Positions 10,410 to 18,356 of a DNA stretch of 32,000 nt are shown here, one piece after another. The number at the start of each line of letters is the position of its first letter. Position 1 is the stretch's first letter. Source of the stretch: Cylindrospermopsis raciborskii Cr2010 (GTDB lineage Bacteria > Cyanobacteriota > Cyanobacteriia > Cyanobacteriales > Nostocaceae). The stretch spans positions 3,390,001-3,422,000 of the forward strand of contig NZ_CP065936.1 in the NCBI RefSeq assembly GCF_003367075.2, given 5' to 3'. The position numbers were made by a program, and so were the translations under genes. The notes under the pieces are model-generated. The model searched no databases, was not told where the DNA came from, and worked only from the letters and a program-made list of their open reading frames with translations.

Positions 10410-10737
10410 GCGATTGCGAAGCACTCCCTACGGGATCTCGCGAAAGACTAGCAACCTGGAGACTGTCTGTGGGGGAGACCGGGGAATCAATTCCGGGTCT
10501 CAAAGCGAAAGTCGGTTTTAAACCGACTGGTTTTGCCGTGGGTATCGTAGGTTGGGTTGAGGAACGAAACCCAACAAACCAACGGGACATATATAGACAT
10601 ATATAAATGCGATTGCGAAGCACTCCCTACGGGAGCTCGCAAAGGACTAGCAACCTGGAGACTGTCTGTTGGGGGAACCGGGAATCAATTCTGGATCTCA
10701 AAGCGAAAGTCGGTTTTAAACCGACTAGTTTTGTGAT
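10410..10737 (+). repeat. Composite structured repeat block C (M1-M2-M3-M1-M2), fused directly to a 3' gene fragment
   Basis: Same modules. M3 carries an extra atatatagac duplication. The block ends at ...ccgactagttttgtgat and is followed immediately by gatgaattagtc (mid-CDS sequence). Confidence 0.85.
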
Positions 10738-11157
10738 GATGAATTAGTCATCTATTATCCAGACGGTGGTAGGTTTCTTAGTCCTGTAGAATTGAGTAAT
10801 TATGCAGAACAAGAAACCCAACGTGCAGAACGTGAAAGACTTCTCAAAGAGCAGGAAACTCAGCGTGCAGAACGTGAAAGACTTCTCAAAGAACAAGAAA
10901 CCCAACGTGCAGAACGTGAAAGACTTCTCAAAGAGCAGGAAACTCAGCGTGCAGAACGTGAAAGACTTCTCAAAGAGCAGGAAACTCAACGTACAGAACG
11001 TGAAAGACTTCTCAAAGAGCAGGAAACTCAACGTGCAGAACGTGAAAAATTGCTTAAAGAACAAGAAAGATTTCTCAAAGAGCAGGAACAAATAAAGTAT
11101 CAAACCTTGCTATCACAATTAAAAGCTAAGGGTATTGATATTACTGCACTCGAATAA
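10738..11157 (+). pseudogene. 5'-deleted Uma2 paralogue: only the last beta-strands, repeat tail and C-terminus remain
   Basis: The sequence from 10738 (DELVIYYPDGGRFLSPVELSNYAEQ...) matches copy 1 from 8408 onward. The promoter region and about 550 nt of 5' CDS are missing, equivalent to copy-1 coordinates 7761-8407. No ATG and no RBS; the track ORF begins at an internal TTG. Confidence 0.8.
10813..11085 (+). repeat. In-frame tandem repeat tract in the truncated copy (5 x 42 nt plus 1 x 63 nt)
   Basis: Same unit as in the other copies. Confidence 0.95.
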
Positions 11158-11222
11158 ACTATTACCTGTACCAGAATAACCTGGGAGGTTTTTAAAAACT
11201 GGAGTTTATACTAAAGAGAAGA

Positions 11223-11493
11223 GCGATTGCGAAGCACTCCCTACGGAAGCTTGTGCAGCACTCCATACAGGAGCTCTGGTCTTGTCGTGGGTAATCGTAG
11301 GTTGGGTTGAGGAACGAAACCCAACAAACCAACCGGATATATATAAATGCGATTGCAAAACACTCCATACAGGAAATCGCCAATTACCCGTTATTGTTTA
11401 AATTAATCCATACCTGGAGACTGTCTGTTAGGGAGACCGGGAATCAATTCTGGGTCTCAAAGCGAAAGTCGGTTTTAAACCGACTAGTTTTGT
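11223..11493 (+). repeat. Composite structured repeat block D (aberrant M1, then M3, the M1 variant and M2)
   Basis: Begins gcgattgcgaagcactccctacggaagcttgtgcagcactccatacaggagctc. It then follows the M3, variant M1 (caattacccgttattgtttaaattaatccatacctggagactgtctgt) and M2 order seen at 7549-7757. Confidence 0.8.
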
Positions 11494-11591
11494 GATATTG
11501 TAAGTTGAGTTCAATAACTCAACATCCCTAAACAAACTATGTTATATTAAATTAAACCGATTAAGTCAGTACCAAAGTGGGAGGTATAGAC

Positions 11592-12479
11592 ATGGTGAGG
11601 CAAATTCCATCAAAAACTCAACTGGGGGTGATAAAATCTAACACTAATCAGGGTGTGGACACGCCTAAAATTGTCTACCCAGAAAGTGATAATAAACCTA
11701 TGGCGGATAACACTAGACAATTTACATGGATTGTCAAAATTAAGGAAAATTTAGAAATACTATTTAAGTCCAATGCAGATGTGTTTGTGGCTGGGGACTT
11801 ATTTTGGTATCCAGTGGAGGGTAGTAACAAAATTAAACTAGCCCCTGACACCATGGTAGTGTTTGGGAGACCCAAGGGGCACCGGGGGTCTTATCTACAG
11901 TGGGAGGAGGATAATATTCCTCCCCAGGTGGTGTTTGAAATTTTATCTCCTGGTAATAATAATACTGAGATGGATAGAAAAAAGCTCTTTTATCTGGAAC
12001 ATGGAGTGGAGGAGTATTATGTATATGATCCAGATAGGATTAGTCTAGAAGTATCCATTAGAGAAAATAACTCATTTAAGGAGATTGAGAATTTTACCAC
12101 TTGGACCAGTCCAAGATTGAAAATAAGATTTGACATGAGCCAAGATGAATTAGTCATCTATTATCCAGATGGGAGTAAGTTTCTTAGTCCTGTAGAATTG
12201 AGTAATTATGCAGAACAAGAAACTCAACGTGCAGAACGTGAAAAATTGCTTAAAGAACAAGAAAGATTTCTCAAAGAGCAGGAAACTCAACGTGCAGAAC
12301 GTGAAAAATTGCTTAAAGAACAAGAAAGATTTCTCAAAGAGCAGGAAACTCAACGTGCAGAACGTGAAAAATTGCTTAAAGAACAAGAAAGATTTCTCAA
12401 AGAGCAGGAACAAATAAAGTATCAAACCTTGCTATCACAATTAAAAGCTAAGGGTATTGATATTACTGCACTCGAATAA
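11592..12479 (+). CDS. Uma2-family endonuclease with C-terminal repeat tail, copy 3 (most diverged)
   Basis: Same architecture, with more substitutions (KSNTNQGVD, ENFTTWTSPRLKIRFDMSQDE, DGSKF). The tail is 3 x the 21-aa unit only. Start at ATG 11592, by analogy with copy 2. Confidence 0.85.
   Translation: MVRQIPSKTQLGVIKSNTNQGVDTPKIVYPESDNKPMADNTRQFTWIVKIKENLEILFKSNADVFVAGDLFWYPVEGSNKIKLAPDTMVVFGRPKGHRGSYLQWEEDNIPPQVVFEILSPGNNNTEMDRKKLFYLEHGVEEYYVYDPDRISLEVSIRENNSFKEIENFTTWTSPRLKIRFDMSQDELVIYYPDGSKFLSPVELSNYAEQETQRAEREKLLKEQERFLKEQETQRAEREKLLKEQERFLKEQETQRAEREKLLKEQERFLKEQEQIKYQTLLSQLKAKGIDITALE
12219..12407 (+). repeat. In-frame 63-nt tandem repeat tract in copy 3 (3 units)
   Basis: gaaactcaacgtgcagaacgtgaaaaattgcttaaagaacaagaaagatttctcaaagagcag repeated three times. 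Confidence 0.95.
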
Positions 12480-12692
12480 ACTATTACCTGCACCAGAATA
12501 CCCTTGGGGGTTTTTAAAACCTGGAGTTTATACTAAAGAGAAGAGCGATTGCGAAGCACTCCCTTGTCGCCCTTATTATATACTACTAAATAAGAACACA
12601 GATATTTTTAAAAACCAACACAAAACCAAAAACAAATGCTAAAATTGAGCAGATGAGACTACTTTCCAACCCTGCACCCCCTCTTATCAACC

Positions 12693-12935
12693 GTGCGCCA
12701 ACCTTTAACCACCACCCAAAATGGAACCACTCCCCTTGCTGGGGAATCCCTCAATCTCCCAGATCACACCCAGCTACCGGACTCTGATGATAATTTCGTG
12801 AAGAATTTCCAAGAACACCCACAAAGCATAATATTAACCACATCCATTGAACCCTTACTAAAAGAAATCCATCCCAATGGAGACTATTGCATAGGACAAG
12901 ATAGAGATGGGCATAGAATTGGGAATACTGTATGA
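12693..12935 (+). pseudogene. N-terminal fragment of a different Uma2-family endonuclease clade
   Basis: LPDHTQLPDSDDNFVKNFQEHPQSIILTTSIEPLLKEIHPNGDYCIGQD is the characteristic N-terminus of the other common cyanobacterial Uma2 type. The ORF stops after 80 aa. A shifted frame continues with GILYDNQNPPTPW, suggesting a disrupted gene. GTG start. Confidence 0.6.
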
Positions 12936-13002
12936 CAACCAGAACCCACCCACACCGTGGTTAAGATGGTGGAGGGATTCACTATAAGTTAGGAGTAATA
13001 AA

Positions 13003-13635
13003 ATGACAGCAGCTTTAAACGAATTAGTGATACTATCTCCCATGGAAGAGATTCCCAACGGGTATCTAAACATCATGGGGTATGTTGACAAATCCGAGGT
13101 TAACGGACCCGGTCGTCGTGCTGTGGTATGGATGCAGGGTTGTCCTCGCCATTGTTCCAGTTGTTTTAATCCCCAGTCTTGGAGTTTTGAAGTTAACAAG
13201 TTAGTTGCTATTGATGACCTAGCGGAAGATATCCTGAGAAATTCTGAAAATACAGGGGTTACTTTTTCAGGAGGAGAACCATTTCTGCAAGCCAAGTCCC
13301 TAGCGATTTTGGCAAGAAAACTCAAAGCTAGGGGTTTAAATGTAATGTCCTTCAGCGGTTTTACCCTCCAGGAATTACAGTCGGAATCAGCACCCCCCGG
13401 TTCTCGGGAATTATTAGGAGAATTGGACATTTTAATTGATGGTCCATTTGTAGATTCCTTAGCTATTAACTCCCCCACCTCCCCCGTATCCTCCCGGAAC
13501 CAAAAAGTCTATGTGTTTAACCCAGAGTTTAATGATAAGATCACCTGGGCCAGCGATCAAATAGAAGTTCACATTCTGAAAGATGGAGCACGAATTGTGA
13601 CCGGTTATCAAGGTTCCCTGGAACTGTTTAATTAA
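13003..13635 (+). CDS. Radical-SAM glycyl-radical-enzyme activase-like protein (NrdG/PflA family)
   Basis: 210 aa. Contains NGPGRRAVVWMQGCPRHCSSCFNP (a CX3CX2C cluster directly after a GPG motif, as in NrdG), GVTFSGGEP, and DILIDGPF...SSRNQKV near the C-terminus. Confidence 0.75.
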   Translation: MTAALNELVILSPMEEIPNGYLNIMGYVDKSEVNGPGRRAVVWMQGCPRHCSSCFNPQSWSFEVNKLVAIDDLAEDILRNSENTGVTFSGGEPFLQAKSLAILARKLKARGLNVMSFSGFTLQELQSESAPPGSRELLGELDILIDGPFVDSLAINSPTSPVSSRNQKVYVFNPEFNDKITWASDQIEVHILKDGARIVTGYQGSLELFN

Positions 13636-13646
13636 GCTTCTCCGGT

Positions 13647-13979
13647 CTAAAGACACGGAGATTTCTGAAGAGTCCATAAACGAACTTTCTGAGGCTGGCT
13701 TAAACAGCCTCTACTGATTCCGCTAAGATCAATTCCTAGCATCACCGCTACTTTTTTCAAAATATTAGCAGCACCATTACAGTCCGCATTAATTTTGAAC
13801 CCATCAGAAGTTTGATATACTCCACGACTAACTCGTTTCCCGCTTGCTTTCCACCCTTCGGGTTTTTCACCGAATTTAGGTATGACGTACTCCAATATCG
13901 CTGTTATTGATTTATCGGACTTGATAAGAACTTGTTGGCATCCGTACATTGTTCGACCTTCAATGTTTGTTGATTTCAA
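13647..13979 (-). pseudogene. tnpB: TnpB (IS605 OrfB/IS1341-type RNA-guided nuclease) C-terminal remnant
   Basis: Only about 110 codons. The C-terminal part, GKRVSRGVYQTSDGFKINADCNGAANILKKV, is the final RuvC motif region of TnpB. A full-length TnpB is about 370-400 aa, so about 0.9 kb is missing. Confidence 0.7.
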
Positions 13980-14028
13980 AAGTATAGTTGAGATATGATT
14001 TACTTGTCAATAGCAGCCACGAAACAAT

Positions 14029-14430
14029 ATGAAGACAACACTGGAATACAGAATAGGAAATCACTCAAAAGGTAATGCAGTAGTGCATCTTGTATGGATA
14101 CCTAAACGCCGAAAAAAGGTATTATCTGGAGAGATAGCTAAATGCCTTAGACAGATAATTTACGAACTAGCCAAAGAAAAAGACTGGGATATCCTCTCTC
14201 TTGAGGTTGCTCCAGACCATGTTCATTTATTTGTAGAACATCAACCAGATGTTGCTATAAATCAAGTGGTTAAAGCTTTTAAAGGACGGTCATCTAGCTT
14301 GTTAAGACGAAAATTTCCTGAATTACTTAAACTTCCTAGCCTATGGACTAATAGTTATTTTTATTCCACTGCTGGACAGGTTTCAGCAGATGTTATTAAA
14401 AGGTATATTGAAGATCCGCGTCACGGTTAA
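14029..14430 (+). CDS. tnpA: IS200/IS605-family Y1 (HUH) transposase
   Basis: 133 aa. Contains HLVWIPKRRKKVL, the HUH motif PDHVHLFV, and the C-terminal YFYSTAGQVSADVIKRYIE (catalytic Tyr region). Confidence 0.9.
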   Translation: MKTTLEYRIGNHSKGNAVVHLVWIPKRRKKVLSGEIAKCLRQIIYELAKEKDWDILSLEVAPDHVHLFVEHQPDVAINQVVKAFKGRSSSLLRRKFPELLKLPSLWTNSYFYSTAGQVSADVIKRYIEDPRHG

Positions 14431-14578
14431 ATATCAAGGCGAATAAATTCGCCGTTGGCACTTCCTGTCTAAAGCCAAGTGGCTTCCGTGCCGGCGATTT
14501 TCTTGTGATAAAAAGTGGCCTGTAGCTAACAGTCCTAAGAATCTGGTATGGTAGCTACAGAATCTACTTATTGAGGCT

Positions 14579-15805
14579 ATGCAAACCCTACCATCCCTTG
14601 AGACTGGTAAAATCATCACCAGCCAACCTACTTTTGACACCACTATTAAACGTCGTAAAACCCGTGCTGTTAAGGTGGGGGATGTGATTATTGGTGGTGG
14701 CTACCCCGTGGTAGTACAGTCAATGATTAATGAAGACACCTTAGATATTGATGGCTCTGTCAGCGCTATTCGTCGTCTCCATGAAATTGGCTGCGAAATA
14801 GTTAGAGTAACTGTTCCCAGTATGGCCCATGCCAAAGCATTAGCGGAAATTAAACAAAAGTTACAACAAACTTACAGGGATGTTCCCATTGTAGCTGATG
14901 TTCACCACAACGGGATGAAAATTGCCTTAGAGGTGGCTAAACACATCGAAAAAGTCCGAATCAATCCAGGATTATACGTATTTGAGAAACCGAACACCAA
15001 TCGCACTGAATATACAAAAACTGAGTTTGACGAAATAGGGGAAAAAATTCGTGAGACCCTAGCTCCACTGGTAGTGTCACTGCGAGATCAAGGTAAAGCT
15101 ATGCGTATTGGAGTGAACCATGGTTCTCTAGCAGAAAGAATGTTATTTACCTATGGTGATACGCCCGAGGGTATGGTAGAATCAGCTTTAGAATTTATCC
15201 GTATTTGTGAATCTCTGAATTTTTACAACATTGTTATTTCCATGAAAGCATCGCGGGTTCCGGTGATGGTAGCTGCATACCGACTCATGTCCAAACGGAT
15301 GGATGATTTGGGTATGGATTATCCCTTACATTTAGGGGTGACGGAAGCAGGAGATGGTGAATATGGTAGAATTAAATCCACTGCGGGGATTGCCACCTTG
15401 TTAGCAGATGGTATTGGTGATACCATTCGCGTGTCTTTAACAGAATCACCGGAAAAGGAGATTCCCGTTTGTTACAGCATTCTTCAAGCTCTGGGTTTGC
15501 GGAAAACAATGGTTGAATACGTCGCTTGTCCTTCTTGTGGTAGGACTTTATTTAATCTAGAGGAGGTGCTCCATAAAGTTCGGGAAGCAACGAAACATTT
15601 AACCGGGTTAGATATTGCTGTTATGGGTTGTATTGTCAACGGTCCAGGGGAAATGGCTGATGCGGACTATGGATATGTGGGCAAAAATCCCGGTTTTATC
15701 TCTTTGTATAGGGGTAGAGAGGAGATTAAAAAGGTTCCAGAAGACCAAGGGGTGGAAGAATTAATTAATTTAATTAAAGCTGATGGTCGTTGGATAGATC
15801 CTTAA
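14579..15805 (+). CDS. ispG: 4-hydroxy-3-methylbut-2-en-1-yl diphosphate synthase (MEP pathway)
   Basis: 408 aa. Contains [29 protein letters not shown], and ACPSCGRT...GCIVNGPGE (Fe-S Cys ligands). Confidence 0.95.
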   Translation: MQTLPSLETGKIITSQPTFDTTIKRRKTRAVKVGDVIIGGGYPVVVQSMINEDTLDIDGSVSAIRRLHEIGCEIVRVTVPSMAHAKALAEIKQKLQQTYRDVPIVADVHHNGMKIALEVAKHIEKVRINPGLYVFEKPNTNRTEYTKTEFDEIGEKIRETLAPLVVSLRDQGKAMRIGVNHGSLAERMLFTYGDTPEGMVESALEFIRICESLNFYNIVISMKASRVPVMVAAYRLMSKRMDDLGMDYPLHLGVTEAGDGEYGRIKSTAGIATLLADGIGDTIRVSLTESPEKEIPVCYSILQALGLRKTMVEYVACPSCGRTLFNLEEVLHKVREATKHLTGLDIAVMGCIVNGPGEMADADYGYVGKNPGFISLYRGREEIKKVPEDQGVEELINLIKADGRWIDP

Positions 15806-15817
15806 TTGACTGACACT

Positions 15818-15835
15818 CCCCCCAATTGTGGGGGG
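15818..15835. terminator. GC hairpin between convergent ispG and rsmG
   Basis: CCCCCCA-ATTG-TGGGGGG, a 7-bp stem with a 4-nt loop. There is no clear U-tract, so it is tentative. Confidence 0.4.
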
Positions 15836-15855
15836 TCGGAGTCTGTTAATATCCC

Positions 15856-16614
15856 TCATAATGGATTTTGGGTGGGTACGCCCACAGGACGAGGAAAACT
15901 GATAGGTGTGTGTAGCACCTTCCTTAAATATACACAGTGACGAACACTTTTAGTCAGGGGAGTGGTAAATCTATCTATCAGATCTATCCTAGCTCCCAAA
16001 ATATTGGCAGTATGTTCTAAATTTTGATTTTCTTCCTGTGTCCAGGTTCCCCGATAAATGATTGCCAAACCGCCTTTTTTGATTAAGGGTAATGCATATT
16101 CACTACATATAGAAGCACTAGCTACAGCGCGAATGACTGCTAAATTATATTTCTCCCTGTATGGGGTGTCTTGTCCAATTTCCTCCGCTCTTCCTAGAAT
16201 TGTTGTTGCATTACTCAGGGGTAGTTTTTCTATAGCACTGTTGATAAAGTTAACTTTCTTGCGAGTAGAATCTAGTAGAGTTACCTGGTAATGAGGAAAA
16301 ACTATGCCAATTGGTAGACCGGGAAATCCCGCACCGCTACCAATGTCAATTATTGACCCAGCTGCATTCAATTCTGGTAGAAAATGCTGCTGTGGTGCAA
16401 CTCCTCTTAAAGAATCCCAAAGATGTTTTTCCCAAAATTCTTTGGGTTCGGTAATTCGAGTTAAGTTGATTTGACGATTAGCAAGTACAATCAAATCGTA
16501 CAGCTTTTGCAGTTGATTCCCCTGTTCAATTGTCGGTTGCCAATTTAATGTTTCCTGCCAAATTTCTGCCATCTCCGGTAAAGTACCGCCACTTTCCCTA
16601 TCCATGATTATCAT
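15856..16614 (-). CDS. rsmG: 16S rRNA (guanine527-N7)-methyltransferase
   Basis: LPEMAEIWQETLNWQPT...NLTRITEPKEFWEKHLWDSL...IDIGSGAGFPGLPIGI is the RsmG/GidB signature. The track ORF (to 16686) overlaps the upstream gene, so I trimmed it to the ATG at 16614 directly after that gene's stop. ATGs at 16605 or 16572 are alternatives. Confidence 0.85.
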   Translation of the reverse strand: MIIMDRESGGTLPEMAEIWQETLNWQPTIEQGNQLQKLYDLIVLANRQINLTRITEPKEFWEKHLWDSLRGVAPQQHFLPELNAAGSIIDIGSGAGFPGLPIGIVFPHYQVTLLDSTRKKVNFINSAIEKLPLSNATTILGRAEEIGQDTPYREKYNLAVIRAVASASICSEYALPLIKKGGLAIIYRGTWTQEENQNLEHTANILGARIDLIDRFTTPLTKSVRHCVYLRKVLHTPISFPRPVGVPTQNPL

Positions 16615-16616
16615 AG

Positions 16617-17270
16617 TTACTTCGCAATTGACTCTAAACTGGGAGCAATGGGACTCAAAATACCATGGTGGAGATTCCAACAACAATCTGCTATTGGTAA
16701 TAGATCCCCCGCATCATGGGTGACTACCAGTATTGTCCAGTTTTTCTTGAGTCTCTCTAGTAAAGTGACTAGTTGACGACGCATTGACCAGTCCAGACCT
16801 GCTGTAGGCTCATCTAGTAGTAATAGGTTTGGTTGGCGAATCAACTGTACAGCTAGAGCTAAACGTCTTTGTTGTCCACCACTGAGAGCATTAGGCGATG
16901 TAGATAAGGATAAGCTCTCTAGTCCTACCTCCTTTAATGCATTCTTGACCCTCTCTAGTCCTAGTTCTGGATGACCCAAACGCAACTCTTCCAAAATTGT
17001 GCCCCCACAAAAGTGTCTTTCTGGAAATTGAAATACTATCCCCGCTAGTTGTTGCAGGTGTTCTGCTACTAGTCCTTGTTCCCTCCAAAATATACCACCA
17101 CTAGTGGGTTCTGCAAGTCCTGATAAAATCTCTAGTAGGGTACTTTTGCCAGATCCACTGGGTCCAATTACTAGTCCTAGTTTTTGAGGTGGTAGTTCCA
17201 AATTAATAGCTTGGAGAATTGGAGTGGGACAAGCTGTGGGGTGATAAGTTAGATTTTGAAGATAGAGCAT
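16617..17270 (-). CDS. ABC transporter ATP-binding protein (short, ECF/CbiO-like ATPase)
   Basis: 217 aa. Walker A GPSGSGKST, signature LSGGQQRR, Walker B LLLLDEPTAGLD, and the H-loop VTHD. Confidence 0.85.
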   Translation of the reverse strand: MLYLQNLTYHPTACPTPILQAINLELPPQKLGLVIGPSGSGKSTLLEILSGLAEPTSGGIFWREQGLVAEHLQQLAGIVFQFPERHFCGGTILEELRLGHPELGLERVKNALKEVGLESLSLSTSPNALSGGQQRRLALAVQLIRQPNLLLLDEPTAGLDWSMRRQLVTLLERLKKNWTILVVTHDAGDLLPIADCCWNLHHGILSPIAPSLESIAK

Positions 17271-17391
17271 TTGATAAGATAGGTTTTAGAAATGAAGTTT
17301 TTCTGGCTTTTTTGTATATTATATTAGGTCTGTTTGGTTTCTCCTACGTACAAATAACTTGAGTTTAAGTGCTGTAACTACTCTGTAAATT

Positions 17392-18324
17392 ATGATATCC
17401 AAAGGTTTTTTAATTGCTTTCCTCACTCTCCCCAGAAATTTATCCGTTGTTCAGGTGGTTTCTATGGCTACCCTAGCTCTTGGTTTGAGCATTAATACGG
17501 CTTTTGCCGGAGATCCATTTCGTGCTAATCAACCTCATAAAATTGGCGATCGCACTGAAGCGGCTTTTAGAGCAATTTTTGAACAGGGGAATTATGGAGC
17601 TGGTGAAGATCATCTGAAAAAAGCCATGGTCGAGGAACCGGGGGAACCTTTGGTCTATGCTTTGAAAGCGTCCCTGTCCTATGTTAATCAAGATTGGGTT
17701 GCTTTGGAGAAGTATAGTCGAAAAACCTTAGAAACTGGTGAAAAGTTGACTGCGACTAATCCCTTGCGTGGTAATTTATATACTGGAGTGGGTAACTTTT
17801 TAATTGGAGCGACAACTCTCACTCGTCAAGGGGTTTGGAAAGGTGCTTCCCAGGCTTTTTTACAGTTAAAAAAGGTTTATGAATATTTAGACCAGGCAGA
17901 GGCTATTGATGCTAATGATCCTGAGTTAAGTTTAATTAGGGGTTATATGAATCTGATATTAGCGGTAAACTTACCCTTTACTAGTCCAGAAAAGGCAATT
18001 GAACAATGGCAACAAAATGCCGCACCTCGTTACTTGGTAGATAGAGGGATTGCTTTGGCATATCGAGATTTAAAACAATATCCGGAAGCCCTAGAGTATG
18101 TCAATCGAGCTTTAAATAGCACTAGTGACAATCCAGAAATTTATTATCTCAAAGCTCAAATTCTTCATGAGCAAGCCAAAAGAGAACAAGACCAGAATTT
18201 GGTTCAACAGGCGATCGCCAATTTTGATTTAGCCCTAGCCAAGAAATCCCAACTTCCTTCTAGTTTAGTTAAACAAATTGAGTATGAGCGTAGCCAGGCT
18301 CAAGCTAGACTTAAAAGCAATTAG
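17392..18324 (+). CDS. Secreted TPR-like repeat protein (conserved cyanobacterial)
   Basis: 310 aa. N-terminal hydrophobic signal-like segment ending ...NTAFAG, then helical repeats with TPR-like spacing (ALAYRDLKQYPEALEYVNRAL). Confidence 0.65.
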   Translation: MISKGFLIAFLTLPRNLSVVQVVSMATLALGLSINTAFAGDPFRANQPHKIGDRTEAAFRAIFEQGNYGAGEDHLKKAMVEEPGEPLVYALKASLSYVNQDWVALEKYSRKTLETGEKLTATNPLRGNLYTGVGNFLIGATTLTRQGVWKGASQAFLQLKKVYEYLDQAEAIDANDPELSLIRGYMNLILAVNLPFTSPEKAIEQWQQNAAPRYLVDRGIALAYRDLKQYPEALEYVNRALNSTSDNPEIYYLKAQILHEQAKREQDQNLVQQAIANFDLALAKKSQLPSSLVKQIEYERSQAQARLKSN

Positions 18325-18356
18325 AGATTAAAGAAACTACTGAAGAAACCACTAAA

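Larger units (their letters stand above)
13636..14495. mobile_element. Decayed IS200/IS605-family element with divergent tnpB (truncated) and tnpA; ends approximate
   Basis: Contains the Y1 transposase and a TnpB C-terminal remnant. Both flanks carry hairpins sharing tcc(g/t)gtctaaag (13641-13652 and 14463-14474). Additional hairpins: ggcgaataaattcgcc (14438-14453) and ggcac...aagccaagtggctt...gtgcc (about 14456-14491). Confidence 0.6.

Noticed and set aside
8483-12407. Whether the regularly spaced 42-nt repeats could be a CRISPR array.
   Set aside because: The units are contiguous with no unique spacers, are in frame within a CDS, and there are no cas genes.
7224-12564. A diversity-generating retroelement or retron as the explanation for the repeated, variable Uma2 copies and structured repeats.
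   Set aside because: No reverse transcriptase ORF is in or near the array. Variation is not adenine-specific but consists of scattered substitutions plus unit-number changes, which is better explained by unequal recombination.
12457-12642. A 61-aa ORF spanning the end of Uma2 copy 3 and the array boundary.
   Set aside because: It overlaps the Uma2 stop region and the repeat stub, and has no coding features.
12858-13478. A 206-aa ORF on the minus strand.
   Set aside because: It is antisense to the radical-SAM activase, which has clear motifs, and its product has no recognisable features. It is a shadow ORF.
14434-14643. A 69-aa minus-strand ORF between tnpA and ispG.
   Set aside because: It overlaps the IS end hairpins and the ispG start, and has no coding features.
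16615-16686. The N-terminal extension of the rsmG ORF (track start 16686).
   Set aside because: It would overlap the upstream ABC ATPase gene by 70 nt, and the extra residues (MLLESPPWYFESHCSQFRVNCEVT) lie upstream of where I recall RsmG N-termini starting. I trimmed to ATG 16614.
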